DNA of 64,000 nucleotides, taken from assembly GCF_009914755.1 (NCBI RefSeq), contig NC_060947.1. One strand, 5' to 3'. Below the pieces are notes generated by a model. That model saw only the letters and a program-made list of their open reading frames with translations. It had not been told where the DNA came from and ran no database searches. Origin of the DNA: the human T2T-CHM13v2.0 reference genome, Homo sapiens. Positions 8,713 through 27,502 of this stretch are shown here, one piece after another. Each line of letters begins with the position of its first letter. Position 1 is the stretch's first letter. The position numbers and the translations under genes were made by a program.

Positions 8713-10215
8713 AGCATTCCACAATGGGCATGACAAAAAGTCCCTCTTTCAGAAAGATGCTTCTGCAGTAGAAGTTGGCTACCTTGATGCAATGACATGG
8801 CCAGTTCTGATCCTCTAATTTGTTTGGGATGCTTCTGCTACATTTTCAAATGACTTCAGTCAGTGGTTCCCACAAATGAAATATTTGCCAGACAAGACGT
8901 TGTTGCATTTCTGTGACTTTTACATTTATTAAACAATTGCTTCCTCCTCCCAGGGTAATAGCCTCCAATCTCCCCACTTTTTCAAAACATTATTGACAAT
9001 TTTTCTACCATATGTTGACACTGTGTTTCAATTCTCGTATCATTTATTCCCTAGGGCACAATTGGTTCTGCTATGACAATCTCCAGGGTAAGGATTCAAT
9101 TGTACAAGGTTATGTGAGCTTGCAAATGAAGGAGACAGAGAGAGAGAGAGAGAGAAAAAAAAAAAGGAAAAGGTGGAGGAGGGAAGGAGGGGACAAGAGG
9201 GGGAGAGAGAGAAAGTACAAATGGGAGACCTCAACTCTAGCCATTAAAAATGGTGGTTCTAAAAATCCACCACACAGTCAGAACTCAGCTTTTTACATGT
9301 GCTCACATCCATACAGAAAAGACATGTTTTGTGTTTTTCCTAGTGAATTCTTGGCAAATACTGTCAGTTGTGAAATACAAGATGGGGAACTCTTTCTCTG
9401 AAAACGTAGCCGGGGAAAAATGATGCAGTTAGGTGGAGAAATAGCTGCCTTGAAAAACAAGTTTCCTTGAGTTGATGAAACACTAGAGGAGAGAAGAGGT
9501 CCCCTTGCATGTCTTCCCCATCTCTGTGTTTATTTGCTGATCCAAACTGATTACTGTTAAAATATGCATGCCAGCATTTCATTTTCAACAAATGCTACTC
9601 CAAGTATTCATTAGCGTCTTATCCACTGTCTCTAAAATAATCTACAGTGGCCTGAATAGCTGTAGAATGACAGGAGAAAGATTGCAAGGCGACGTGCATG
9701 GGGGCCCTGAGGGCAAGGCACAGCTTGCTGGCTCCGTGGTAAGGGGTGGGTACTTGGCATCAGCCCCTCAGCAGAGAGGGCAGGACTGGGTGTAGCAAGT
9801 GACTCACAGAAAATGCATTACCCCATTGAAATGTCACCAGAATTGAATTGAAATGTCACCAAAGAAGCTCATGGGGTGAGAAATTGCCATGTGCTTTAAA
9901 AAATAATTATTATTAAATCCAACTAAAGCATGTACATAATTGAATCTGAGGTACTAGCAATCCTTGTTCCATCTTTCTTCACCCCCATCCTCCACCCCAG
10001 GAGCAACAACTTTCCACTCCATTCTGTTCCTTCTAGAATTTTCCTCTATATTTCTAAATAATTTTCATATACTGTTATTTCTCAATTTATTAATTTTAGT
10101 CATTTTTATCAACTTCTGTTATGATACTGGAGGGTTTTTCTGGCCTAACTACCCCAGTTTGCCTTGACCCATCCCCTCAATTTGGATACTATGAGTTAAA
10201 AAAAAAATTAATCGT

Positions 10216-10514
10216 CTTTTTTTTTTTTTTTTAAAGACAGGGTCTCACTTCACTGCCCAGGCTGAAGTACAGTGGCACAATCACGGCTCGCTGCAGCTTC
10301 AACCTCCTGGGCCCAAGTGATCCTCCCACCTCAGCCTCCCAAGTAGCTAGGACTAAAGACACACTCCACCAAACTCAGCTAATTTTTAAAACTTTATAGA
10401 GAAGGGGTCTCACTTTGTTGCCCAATCTGGTCTTGAACTCCTGGCCTCAAGCAATCCTCCCACCTAGGCCTCCCAAAGCACTAGGATTACAGGCATGACC
10501 CACCACACCTGGCC
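10216..10514 (-). mobile_element. AluJ-like SINE
   Basis: Poly-T followed by agacagggtctcact...ggattacaggcatgacccaccacacctggcc. Confidence 0.9.
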
Positions 10515-11202
10515 CCTAATACAGTCTTTCTGTTATTATAGCTTAATATGCTCTCTGTTGATCCACGTGGCAAACTATGACTGCATTTCCTTTCTTGTAC
10601 AACTCTGAGTATTTTCTGGGATTAATAACTGTCTCATGTAATTGCTTAGTTTTCTAGAGATGTTCTCTGATTTTTTTCCAAATGCTTTCCCCAAATGCTC
10701 ACACACATTAAATAACCTAACTCGCCCATGTCTCCACCCAAACACTGCCACTGAGAGCCATGTGTCCTCCTGCTCTGCAATATACCAGTTTAGCTTTAAA
10801 CCCAGCACACGGCTAGTGTCCTAAAATACCCCAACCTCTTTCCAGCATGGGACCTTGTCTCCTGGTTTCCTTGTCTTCCTCCCTTCCTGGTTTACTATTT
10901 TGTGTTGCTGAAATACATTCCCTAGTAGCTCCTACAGAGACGTGTACAGGAGAGATATATTTTTCATCCTTGCACATTTAACAACCTGTTAACTTTGCCC
11001 TCATCACTCTGCCCGAGTGAGTGCTCTCTGCACTGCACCCTCCTCAGAAATTTACCATTGCTCCACTTCCCCCGCAGTATTAGCCCTAAGGAACCTGCCG
11101 CCTTTGAACTGTCAGGTGTGGCCTGTTTGCCTCTGTAGAAACTTTTAGCCTAGTGCTGACCAAAGTCAATCGCAATTTTCTTTCTTTTTTTTTTTAACTT
11201 AA

Positions 11203-11849
<647 letters not shown>

Positions 11850-11855
11850 CCATCC

Positions 11856-12115
11856 TCAATTTTCTAATAGACATAATTTAAATGGTAAAAAGAAAGAAGT
11901 GGAATTCGTTTTAATAATGTATTTTATTTAATCCAGTATATTTAAAAATGCTATCATTTCAAGCTGCAATCAATATGAAAATTTTCGGTGAGACATTTTA
12001 CTATGCCTTTGTTATCATGAGTGTATTTCACACTCTCAGCACGTCTCAGTGTGGACCTGTCATGTGCTCAGAGCTCCACAGCCACTGGAGCCGACAGCCG
12101 CTACATGACTGTGTA
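11856..12115 (+). mobile_element. MER33-like hAT-Charlie DNA transposon relic
   Basis: taaaaagaaagaagtggaattcgttttaataatgtattttatttaatccagtatat...atcatttcaagctgcaatcaatatgaaaatt resembles the recalled MER33 consensus. Confidence 0.7.
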
Positions 12116-12611
12116 GTTCTACAGCCTTCTGTCCATCCCTGGTGCTCTGGGGTGCCCACAGTGGTCCTCATTGGCATTTAATCTCTGTGCTTGTGCTTGT
12201 GCTGTGTCCCTCCAGAATCTTTCCAGAATCATGCCTCCTATGCCGTCATTGCTAAAGTCCCCCTCTGGGACCAGAGGTCCTCCTGGTGAGGCCACGGCTT
12301 CTGAACGCCATGGGCATTTGGGGTTCCCACACACCTTGTCACACCTAAAGCCACAAGAGTCCTGGTGCTCAAGTGCTCGAGTGCAGAAGAGGGACTTAAG
12401 GACTGCAGCCCGCCAACCTTCCCAGCAGGTGTCGGTCACACCAGGTCATGTCACTGCCGAGGATTTCTCAGGTCCCCAGGGCATGGCCTGAGATTCTTGG
12501 AATCCTGCAGGATTTCTTAGGGTTTCAACATTTCCTGCTAAAGAACCAACAATTCCTGGAAGGGGCGACGCTTCAGCCTTTATTGAGCAACGTGCAAAAA
12601 GAAAACTGGTG

Positions 12612-12746
12612 GGCCAGGTGCAGTGGCACATGCCTGTAATCCCAGCACTTTGGGAGGCCGAGGCGGGAGGACTGCTTGAGCGCTTAGAGTATGAGACCAG
12701 CGTGGGCAATATAGTGAGACCCTGTCTCTACAAAAATAAATAAATA
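12612..12746 (+). mobile_element. FLAM/Alu left monomer
   Basis: ggccaggtgcagtggcacatgcctgtaatcccagc...gaccctgtctctacaaaaataaa with no right arm. Confidence 0.85.
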
Positions 12747-13109
12747 AGAAGAAGACTGGCTTACAGCCAGCAGAGACGAGACCTTGCCTCAGTGGGCCTC
12801 AGGCGTGGGGAACTGGGCTCAGGCAGGGAGAGGGATTGGAGAGACAGAGGGTGAGGAGAGAGGAATACAGGGCACACCTTGTCTCTTTCCCATGTCGCTG
12901 AAGACATCAAGGACTCTCTCTCTCTCTCTCTCCTCATGCCCCTCCTTCCCTTCATCCCCCTCTCCCACCAACGTCTCTCTCTTCCAGGTTCCCAGGAGGC
13001 TTAAGGAGAATATAATCCCTTTACGTCTGCTTAGGAGGCAAAAGATTCCTCCCTCGTATTTGTCATCTTAAAACAACAGCCAAGAGCATGCCCCCTATGC
13101 ATTTGTCAA

Positions 13110-13290
13110 ATAGCGTTTGCCATCAGCTGGACACTTCCACACCCTTCTACAAGAATGACCTCATTGACTCCCCGTAACAACCCTAAAGAAGACATTGTTT
13201 CTGTCCCTATTTTACAGATGAGGAAACTGAGGCCCAGGGACGGTCAGGGGGTAGCCAGGTTGTGTCCCTGGGGGCGGTTCCAAACTTCAT
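13110..13290 (-). mobile_element. MIR SINE relic
   Basis: MIR core ctattttacagatgaggaaactgaggcccag. Confidence 0.8.
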
Positions 13291-14689
13291 GCTCTCACCG
13301 TGAGTGGCAGCTTCCTGTCTCTGTGGGGTGCCTGCACAATTAGGGGCAGAGTCAGACATGTTTGGGCGTTTTGCCATGAAATGGTTTACTCTGAAATAAA
13401 GAAAGTCTGTGGGTGTTGGACTGAATTTTGCAGAGTGGATTTAAATCCAGACTTTCGCAGAGTGGATTTAAACCAGAGATTGAGAGCAAGTTCTTAGTTC
13501 TAAATGCTCCTGCCAGCTTCCATCCTGACCAGAAATGAAAGCCTGGTGCTGAGACCGGCCCCCAGCCCCCTGCCGTAATCACCCTGAGTCTAGTTCCCTT
13601 CACTCACCCCCACCCCGCCAGTACCCCCAGGGAAAGTCAGCCAAAGGCAGGAGAACATATCTAACCTCTGTCCAGTAACACCTTCAAATGTGAAACTCCC
13701 ACTTAATTATGTTGCCATTACATTTTAGTCCATCCTGTCTTTCAACTGTGAACACATTTTATTTTTTCCTTCCTGCCTTACTCAACTTTCCTGCTTTCAG
13801 GGTTTGAATTTCAAACCTGTGCATGTTTCTTGCTAGGTGCCAGCAAGCTCATAACTAATGAGATCTAAGGAATTTGGACTCCACTAATTTGCATTACGGG
13901 ATGGTTTTGACAGAAGCTGGCAATATCGAACCTTTGCTGCACGAAAAAAAGGCTTGCTAATCATTTTAATGGCGTAAACATGGCAGGTCATGGAGCCATG
14001 TGATTGTTTACATACATGTAAACAGTTCATGCTGTTTTCTACTTGCTCTTTTGTACACAGTATCTGCTCTTCGGTTTTCGGGACTCTCAGTGCAGCTACC
14101 TCATCCTTGGGTAACTTGAGTGTCCTTTTGCTTTTTGCTTTGTTGTTACATTTGCATTTGACCTGTTATTGTGTCCCAGAAAGCATCTTGCAGGCCACAC
14201 CGACCCGAGAATGGGTAAATATGTTCTGTTTTCGTCTCTTAAAACCCTACGCGTCTGGCATTTCAGAAGCTGCGCGATGTTAGATCCTTTATGTAACAAC
14301 CAACCCTAGGTGGAGAGACTGCTAAAACAGGAAAAAGGTTTTCTGAATCAATGAGCAAAACCTTGCTGTGAATTTCCTAAAGATGGCACAGACAGGATAA
14401 ATACATACTCCCAACTTGGAAACAGGGACATTTGAGGCAAAGCCTCCAGCACTAGGAATACATATTCCAGTCAGAGAAAAAGAACTGGTAATTGCCAATC
14501 TGTACATGAGCTGTGAGGGGAGTCCCCATGCAATGACACTGCAATCACCTTTGAACTAACTGTCAGGAAATAAATAAATAACGGAATGTGGCTTTTGAGT
14601 TTTAGTATAATGTTTCAATAACCATCTACGAATAATTAGCTGATTCAGGACAAGTGTTTTCAAAAGTGTATTAAAATATAGCTCTGATC

Positions 14690-15015
<326 letters not shown>

Positions 15016-15376
15016 TCAATTAATTGGCACAAATTCTCCTTCGACAAAGCTAATGAATCGTTTTTCATGCATTAGTAAATATTACATAACTAGAAATTGT
15101 GTCTTCCCTTACTGTGGTGCTGATATTGTTAGCATGCATCCAAAAATGTGACCTTGGATATTCCAGATATATTGTTGGATTCTAGCATAGTAATTATTAT
15201 CTCATTTTACTGGGTTGTTTTTTTTTCCTCCAAGCTTCCCCCGAAAAGTGCTATACTAATTAGGAATTATTCTCATTTGTTCATTAAAGCAAGCCCTCAA
15301 AAGATATCCTTAAGATCATGATTTATTAACCGAAACCAGATTATTATATGTTCCCAGCTTAATAAAAGTATAATTA

Positions 15377-16161
15377 GGCCAGGCACAGTGGCTCACACCT
15401 GTAATCCCAACACTGTGAGAGGCCAAGGAGGGTGGATTGCTCAAGCCCAGGAGTTGGAGACCAGCCTGGGGAACACAGCAAAACCCCATCTCTACTAAAA
15501 ATAAAAAAAAATTAGCTGAGCATGGTAGAGCACCTGTAGTCCCAGCTACTCAGGAGACTGAGGTGGGAGGATTGCTTGAGTCCAGGAGTTCGAGAACGGC
15601 ATGGGCAACATAGCGAGACCCCCATCTCTTCAAAAAAATTTAAAAATTGGGCCAGGCAGCCCAGGTGGCTCATGCCTGTAATCCCAGCACTTTGGGAGGC
15701 TGAGGTAGGCAGATCACTTGAGGACAGGAGTTTGAGACTCTTCAAGGCTGCAGTGAGCTGTGATCATACCACTGCATTCCAGCCTGGGTGACACAGTAAG
15801 ACCCTGTCGAAAAAAAAAAAGAAAAAAAAACACTACAATTTTTCTTTAAATATTTTATTTATTTATTTATTTATTGAGACAGGGTCTTGCTCTGTCACCC
15901 AGGCTGGAGCGCAGTGGTGCAATCACAGCTCACTGCAGCCTCGACCTCCCAGGACCAAGAGATCCTCCACCTCAGCCTCCTGTATAGCTAAGACTACAGC
16001 CATGTGCCACCACACTCAGCTAATTTTTTATTTATTTATTTTGTAGATACGGGGTCTTGCTATGTTGCCCATACTGGTCTCGAACTCCTGGGCTCAAGCA
16101 ATCCTCCTGCTTCAGCCTCCCAAAGTGTTGGGATTACAGGTATGAACCATCACACCCAGCC
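15377..16161. mobile_element. Alu cluster (AluJ-like + strand pieces 15377-15830; - strand 15855-16161)
   Basis: Alu motifs in both orientations, tail to tail. Confidence 0.88.
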
Positions 16162-16177
16162 ATTCTCTATTTTTCTG

Positions 16178-16905
16178 AATTTTTTTATTGTGATAAAATA
16201 TATATAACATAAAAATTGCCCTTTTGGCCATTTCTAAATGTTCTGTTCATGATGTTGATCACATTTATGATGTTGTACAATTATCACCACCACCTGTCTC
16301 CAGAACTTTCTCCTTTTCCCAAACTGAAACTCTGTCCCCGCTAAGCAATAACTCCTCATGCCTTCCTCCTGCAGCCTCTGGTAACCTCTAATGCATTTTC
16401 TGTCTCTGATTCTGCCCATTCTAGATATTTCATAGAAGTGCAATCATACGCTATCTGTCCTTTTGCATCTGGCTTATTTCATCTAACCCAATACTTTCAA
16501 AGTTCATCCATGTTGCAATATGACTCAGAACTTCATTCTTTTTTAAGGCTGAATAATATTCCATTGTATGGATATGCCACCTTTTGTTTATCCATTCACT
16601 TGGGCTGCTTCTACCTTTTGGCTATGGTAAACGACCCTGCGATGAACACTGGTGTGTAAGTATGTGTTTGGGTTCTTGCGTTCAATCCTGCAGTGTATAC
16701 TACAAAGACGAATTGCTGGATCATTTGGTAATTCTACGTTTAACTCCTTGAGGAACTGCCCAGCTCTTTCAGCAGCTGCTGCACTGTGTTACATTGCAAT
16801 TGGCCATGTGTGAGTGTTCCAATTTCTCCACATCCTCACCAACACTTGTTATTTTCTGTTGGTTGTTTGGTTGGTTGTTTAATTTTAGCCATCCTAGTAG
16901 GAATG
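16178..16905 (-). mobile_element. Old L1 (L1M-type) 3' end fragment
   Basis: tttttaaggctgaataatattccattgtatggatatgccac...ccaatttctccacatcctcaccaacacttgtt, typical L1M antisense. Confidence 0.85.
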
Positions 16906-17576
16906 AGCAACACTCACTCTTGATAGAAAAACACATTGAAGATCTAATTTTGGTGCTGCAGAGAACAGGGGGACTGGGTGATTAGGAAGCAAAAGAAGCC
17001 TCTGGGAAGGAGGAGTAGAGAAGTGAGGGGTTAGAAGGAAAATGACATGGGACAGGGATCATAAACTGTGCACTGGGTTTATGTTATCATTAGCCTTTCC
17101 AGAATATGGAGGCCTGGCCTATATCCCTCAATCAGGGTCTATATACCAACAGGAAGAAATGCACATGTGGATCTCTTTCACCTTACAATGCTCTGAGTAG
17201 AGCAAGATAACTCAGAGGGAAAAAGGCTATTTTCTGCTTAACTGACATTACTATCCGATAAGCCCTAGTCTCTGAGCAACACAGGGGGCCGTAAATTCAT
17301 TAGGAATACTGTTCCTACAAACTTGTTCAACCTGTAGCCAGAAACATCCAAGTTTAAAAAAAAAAAATAGGTGTAGTATACTGCATAGCATGTTGTGTAT
17401 CACATGTAGTCACCATTGAGGATATTTACCTAGTGGTCTTTTTCCTTTGTTACTACAATAGACAATTAAATGATAAACACTTTTATATCTTTAAGACATA
17501 TAAATAGAAAAAAAATCAAGGGGATTTGGGTATTTTTCATTATATTTGTGTGTTTATGATAAAAAACACATAACTG

Positions 17577-17996
17577 GGCCAGACACAGTGGCCCATGCCT
17601 ATATTCCCAGCACTTTGAGAGGCCGATCTGGGAAGATGGCTTGAGCTCAGGAGTTAGAGACAAGCCTAGGCAACATAGGGAGACCCCATCTCTACAAAAC
17701 AACTTAAAAATTAGGTAAGCATGATGATGCATGCCTGTAGTCCCAGCTACCTGGGAGCCTGAGGTGGGAGGATTGCCTGAGTCCGGGAGTTCAAGACCAG
17801 CCTGGGCAAAATGGCAAAACTCCACCTTTACAAAAACTACAAAATTAGTCAGGTATGGTGGCACAGGCCTGTAATCCAAGCTACTCAGGAGGCTGAGGTG
17901 AGAGGATCACTTGAGTCCAGGAGGCTGAGGCTGCAGTGAGCTGTGATTGTGCCACTGCTCTCTAGCCTGGACAGAGCAAGACCCTGTCTTAAACAA
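17577..17996 (+). mobile_element. AluJ-like SINE(s), partially duplicated
   Basis: Alu left and right arm motifs, with an extra right-arm segment. Confidence 0.85.
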
Positions 17997-18049
17997 ACAA
18001 AAGTCACCCAGGGGGTAAACATCAGAGCCTGATCTTTAAAATGATATAT

Positions 18050-18659
18050 TGTGTGGTTGAAATGTTAAAAACCAACCACACCAAGTGTTGGTGAGGATGT
18101 GGGGAAACTGGAAATCTCATACACAGTTAGTACAAATGTAAAATGATACAACCATTTTGTTGGTTTTTTTTTTATCGCTTCACAAAGTTTGTTTCTGAAA
18201 GAGTTAAAACATATATCTATAATAGGATCCAGCCTTTCCAGTTATAGATACTTATCCAAGAGAAATAGCATAGTTCCATACAAAAACTGATAAGCAAATG
18301 CTCATAGCAGCTCTATTTGTAATAGCTGGAAACTGTAAAAACCATAAACAATCCAAATGTCCATCAATAGATGAACAGAGAAACAAACCATAATGCAACA
18401 TACAGTGGAATACTACTCAGCAATAAAAAGGAATCGATGACCGATACATGAAACAGCATGAATGAATCTCAAAATTATCACCCTTAGTGAAAGAAAAAAT
18501 CCAGACAAAAAAGAATACAGACTGTCTAACTCCATTCATATAAACTCAAGATAATGTGGCAGGAAGCAGACCAGTGGTTACTTGGGAATAGAAGAATGGG
18601 GAAGGGCTGGAGGGAGGGGTTACAAAGGGCTTGAGGAAATGTTTAGAAGTGATAAGAAT

Positions 18660-18660
<1 letters not shown>
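18050..18660 (+). mobile_element. Old L1 fragment
   Basis: gtgttggtgaggatgtggggaaactggaaatctcatacac...caaatgtccatcaatagatgaa...ggaatactactcagcaataaaaagg. Confidence 0.85.
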
Positions 18661-20175
<1,515 letters not shown>

Positions 20176-20317
20176 TGCTCCACTCATTATTTCTAATGTG
20201 GTGATGGTTTCACAGATATATACATATAACAAAACTTATCAAATTATAATTGTCCATATGCATGGTTTATTTTATGTCAATGGATATCTCATTAAAGCTG
20301 TTTTTTTAAATTATGAT

Positions 20318-21336
<1,019 letters not shown>

Positions 21337-21964
21337 GAAATACATAGGAAGATCACCCATGTCAATTCAATGGACTTTATTATGAACTGTATGCATTACA
21401 TATCACTATATCTCTCATAAGTCTATAAGCTTTACTGTCACTTGTACCTGAGGGATATTATAGGCTGGCTCAATATGTTTGACATTGGATTACTTACAAG
21501 AAATTAATCTAGCTTAATAACATAAATATTCATCTGTAATTTTTCTCTCTTCTTTGGTATTAAAATAACTAAGTTATTAAATTATATCACAAACTGAACT
21601 AAAAATTATCATAAAGGTTATAACTAAAACCAAAGATTATCAACCACACTAAAAATCTAAGTGCACTTACAGTATAAACAAGAGCTCTTCACAGTGAAAG
21701 AATTATTTCTGTGTGTACTCATGTTCATTACAGATATACTTCATTAGAGTAAAGTGGAGATCTACCTATAATAAATTGTTAGCTGTGTAAATACAGCCTT
21801 TGAATTAAGAGTCAAAGAAGTAGGCAGATCCCAATTCAGTCCTGGTGTATCAGGTAGGGTCTCTGCAGGAAGCAGATGGCATACACAGAAGGGTTAAGTA
21901 AAGACAGTTAAATGCAGAAGCTATTTACAGAGAAAGGTGGATAGAGTTAAGGGAACCCAACTAG

Positions 21965-22457
<493 letters not shown>

Positions 22458-23725
22458 GACAAACACTACTTCTAACAGAACTTGAAATGCACTGGTGTGG
22501 TTGGCATGCACTTGAGTGTCTGCTTTTGGCCTTGAGAAGAGCAGGTGCCAGATAGGATCTGGCTCCAGATATGGGAAGAGTGCATGGAACTGAGCCAAGT
22601 CTAGTCTGTTAGAACTCAGCAAAGGCAAAGCTGATGCACAGCCTGCATGCCTTATGAACAAGAACTAAATGTTTCCTGCAGAAGCAAAAGCACACCGGAC
22701 AAACCGGATGGTACAGCCTGCAGGGACCAGCCTCCATGACACAGCAGGGCAAAGAAGAGCCGAGAATGGATGTGGGGGCAAACTGAGAAGAGCCACACAG
22801 GAGAGCATGGAGGGAGAAATGCAGGGAGATTCATTTCCATGAAGGGCTGAGGACAAGAGACTTCAAGCTGTGTGGCTAAGAGGCAAACACCACAAGCTGA
22901 ATGAGGGGAAAGGAGTGAAGAGAGGGCTCCGAACAGAGAGAGCATCATGCTGACACTCAAATTTGTCTCCTAACCAGGTTTTTCACTGGATCCATATTCT
23001 GGTGCCATAACAAAAGGAGAAATAACAAGGGATCACATGAAGGACTCAGAAATATTCTGGGATACATTGCCAAGCCAGGGCAATGTGGTCCCCTTTTAGC
23101 AGGCCACACATACAAGACCACCCTCAGCTTTGACTTGTGAGGGCTTGCAGTATAGCTGGGGTAGTGCCCAAGGAGGCGGGCAGAACAGTGGTGCCCTGCA
23201 TGTTACAGTGGTGCCCCCCAGGAGGTCTGTCCTTACAAGCCTGAGGACATTCCTCAACCCTCTGTGAATTTCTTAAAGTCAGGAACCCACCCTCGCACTC
23301 TGCAGATATGCGTAGTGCACACTTTAATAAATATGCACCAGTAAATACTTCCAGCTGTGCATGTGTGTGCAAGTGGCTCCTCCCCCAAGAGATGCAATAA
23401 ATACATGAAATACGGGGCTGGGGGGGCGGGGGTGAGAATGCAGGATGACTGGGGCCTTTTCCAGGCAAAGTCATTTACCCATCACCTTGTTGGAGTGTCT
23501 GCACAGTTTATGCTGGACAGTGGCAAGAAAATGGATTTTCTCATTTGTCTTGGTGGCAGTCTGACCTCATCTTTGTTTTTTCTTTGAGATAAAATCTAAC
23601 GAGAAATTTGATTTTCTAACATTTTAAATTAGGATCCTATATGGGAGAAATACAGAGTCTTAAACAGGAGGACCTAGACTAACACACAGAGTAAGGGAAG
23701 GCATTGCTGGAGAAGAAATATACAC

Positions 23726-23743
23726 ATAGATAGGTAGATAGAT

Positions 23744-23776
<33 letters not shown>

Positions 23777-23812
23777 AAGACAGAGACAGAGACAGAGAGA
23801 AAGAGAGAGAGA
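23726..23812 (+). repeat. (GATA)n/(GA)n microsatellite at the tail of an AluJ (- strand, to ~24088)
   Basis: agataggtagatagatgatagatagatagatagatagatagat... Confidence 0.9.
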
Positions 23813-24448
23813 GGTGGTCTTGTTCTATTGCCCAGGCTGCAGTGAAGTGGTGTAATCATAACTCAAGGCAGCTTTGAACTCCTAGGTTCAAGCAATCCTC
23901 TCACCTTGGCCTCCCGAGTAGCTGGGACTACAGGTGCATGTCACCACACCTGGCTAATTTTCTTTTTTTAGAGATAGGATCTTGCTATGTTGCCCAGACT
24001 GGTCTCAAACTCCTGGGCTCAAGTGATCCTGCTGCCTGGGCCTCTCAAATTGCTGGAATTACAGCCATGAGCCACCACGCCCAGCCAGGGGAAGCAATAG
24101 CAAAGGTGAGATTTAACAGGTTGACACATGCAAACAGGGCATGGGAAAAGCATTGTAGGCAGGAGTAAACAAGTATATGTAATTCCTGAGAGAAAATGGA
24201 GAAAGGTTCCCAACCTCAGACGGTAAAGGGACTCAGGAGAAATGTCCTGTGAGGCCATTTCATCATGTCACACGTGGACTGCGCCCACCAAGAAGTGAGG
24301 GGGAAAGTAGGCACTGCCCTCAAAATCAGAGAATCCTGCAGAACCTGATGACACGCTCTGAGCTTTAAAAACAAGTGCAGCCTGGGTCCCACCCCCAGCA
24401 ACATTAATTTGATTCATTGTCCTGGGATGGGGCCTAGGCGTTTGGGAA

Positions 24449-25090
<642 letters not shown>

Positions 25091-26104
25091 AGCCATGGTT
25101 CTCAAACTTCAGCATGCATCAGTAGCAACTGGAGGGCTTGTTACAATATGAATGGTGGGGACCCACTCCCAGAATTCCTGTGCAGTTCTAACAGTTTCTC
25201 AGGTGCTGCTAGGGCTGCTGATCCCAGGATCACAGTGTGAGAACCATTCAAAGAAGCGAGGCAGGAGATGTTTGAGAAAGATCCAGCTGTAGGAGTCAGG
25301 GGGCAGGGCCTACACGTAGATAAAAGGTGGTAATTCTGGGAAACTTGCAGGATTAGGGGTAAGGAGGGCAGCGGCAGGGAAGAATTCAATATGGCACTAG
25401 AGGGTAGGCACCCCTGGAGTGTGTATACCCTAGCAACTGGAAGCCATTCTTGGTAGGGCGAGGTGGCTCATGTCTGTAATCCCAGTGCTTTGGGGGGCTG
25501 AGGAGGGAGGATTGCTCGAGCCCAGGAGTTTGAGGCTGCAGTGAGTTATGACTGCACCACTGCCCTCCAGTTTCAGTGACAGGAAGGAAGGAAGGGAGGG
25601 AGGAAGAGGAAGGGAAGATGGGAGGGGTGGGTCATTTTTGCCAGAAGTCCAAGCAAGTAGCCAGGGACAGAGACACCCATCTGAAAGAAGATCCATCCTT
25701 GGGCTGTGTCCCCATCCCTGGAGGCCAGAGACAAGCCTGTCCCTGAAAGACAACGACACAGAGAACCCAGCATGGATCCAGTCATTGGGCAGGGGCAGAA
25801 GAAGCGGACGAGGCATCAGGAAGAAGGAGAGGCAGAGCTGGTGGAACCCCGCTGGCAGGCAGATGTTGGGGCCAGCAGGAAAGGAGCTGTAAAGTTTAGA
25901 GTCCCCAAAACTCATTGAGGGGAATTCCAATCACCATCCATTGAGACTTTGATTAGGGGCTCAGGAGTCGGCATAATTAACCCATCTGCCCCTCCTCTTC
26001 CAGTCTAGGTGGTCTAGATTTGATAACACTGCTGGGGGAGGGGATGCAAAGGGGGGCAATGTGGAGGTGAAAGCAATGTGGTGGGAGGGATCTGGAAAGA
26101 GTAA

Positions 26105-27102
26105 GTGTGTGGGCAGAATGCTACTACAGCCCAAAGGTGCTCACGCCGGTGTATACGCCCCATATAATCCCCTCCACTTGAGTGTGGGCAGGACCCGTGA
26201 CCATTACGAGATGCCATTCCCATCATTAGGGGACTGATTGGTTGCCTCTGAGTCAACCAAACAGGAGATTATCCTGGGTGAGTCTGACCTAATCAAGTGA
26301 GCCCTTAAAAAACACAGAGACTTTTCCGTTGGCTTCAGAGATGAAGCAAACAGCCACAGTGTGAACTGTTTGTGGGAAGGAACAGCCTCTAGGAGAGGAG
26401 GGGCCACAGCCCTACAACCACAAAAAACTGAATTCTGCCAAAATTCAATGAGCTGGAAAAAGAACTCCAAGCCTGGGATGAGATCCAGACCCAACTGACA
26501 CCTTGATTTCATCCTGGTGAACCCTGAGCAGAGGATCTGGTTGTGCTGTGCCCAGAATTCTGACCAAGGTAAAGTATAAGGTAGTAAATGTGTGAAGCTT
26601 CTAAGTTCATATATAATATATATTATATATCATAGTCATATGTATATGATTTATTATTTGTTATAAGGAATTGGCTCACGTGATTATAGAGGCCGAGAAA
26701 TCCTAAGAACTGCAGTTGGCAAGATGGAGACCCAGGAGAGCCAACAGTATAAGTTCTAGGTGAGTCCAAAGTCCTGAGAACCAGGAGAACCAATGGCGTT
26801 AAGTTCCAGTTGGAAAGTCAGCAGGCTGCTGATGTTTCAGCTCAATTCCAAAGGCAGGAAGACTGATGTCAGCTCAAGCAGTCAGGCAGCAGGAGCTCCC
26901 TCTTACTCAGCCTTTGTGTTCTATTTAAGGCTTCAACTGATTGGACAAGGCCCACCTGTACTGGGAGGGTAATCTGCTTCACTCAGTGTACAGTGCAAAT
27001 GTGATCTCATCCAAAATCACCCTCACACACACCCAGAATGTCTGACAAAATGTCTGGGCACCCTGTGGCCCAGTCAAATGGACAAATAACATTAACTGTC
27101 AC
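26105..27102. mobile_element. MLT1-type LTR (~26105-26600) followed by MLT2-type LTR (~26650-27102)
   Basis: ccacagccctacaaccacaaaaaactgaattctgcc (MLT1); ataaggaattggctcacgtgattatagaggc...cccagtcaaatggacaaataacattaactgtcaca (MLT2). Confidence 0.78.
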
Positions 27103-27164
27103 ACCAGTCCACCAAGGAAAACTTCCTCAGTCTGTCACCATTTTAATATATTTTTACAAACTTT

Positions 27165-27472
<308 letters not shown>

Positions 27473-27502
27473 TTTTACAAACTTTTAAAACTTGCTAGCA
27501 TG

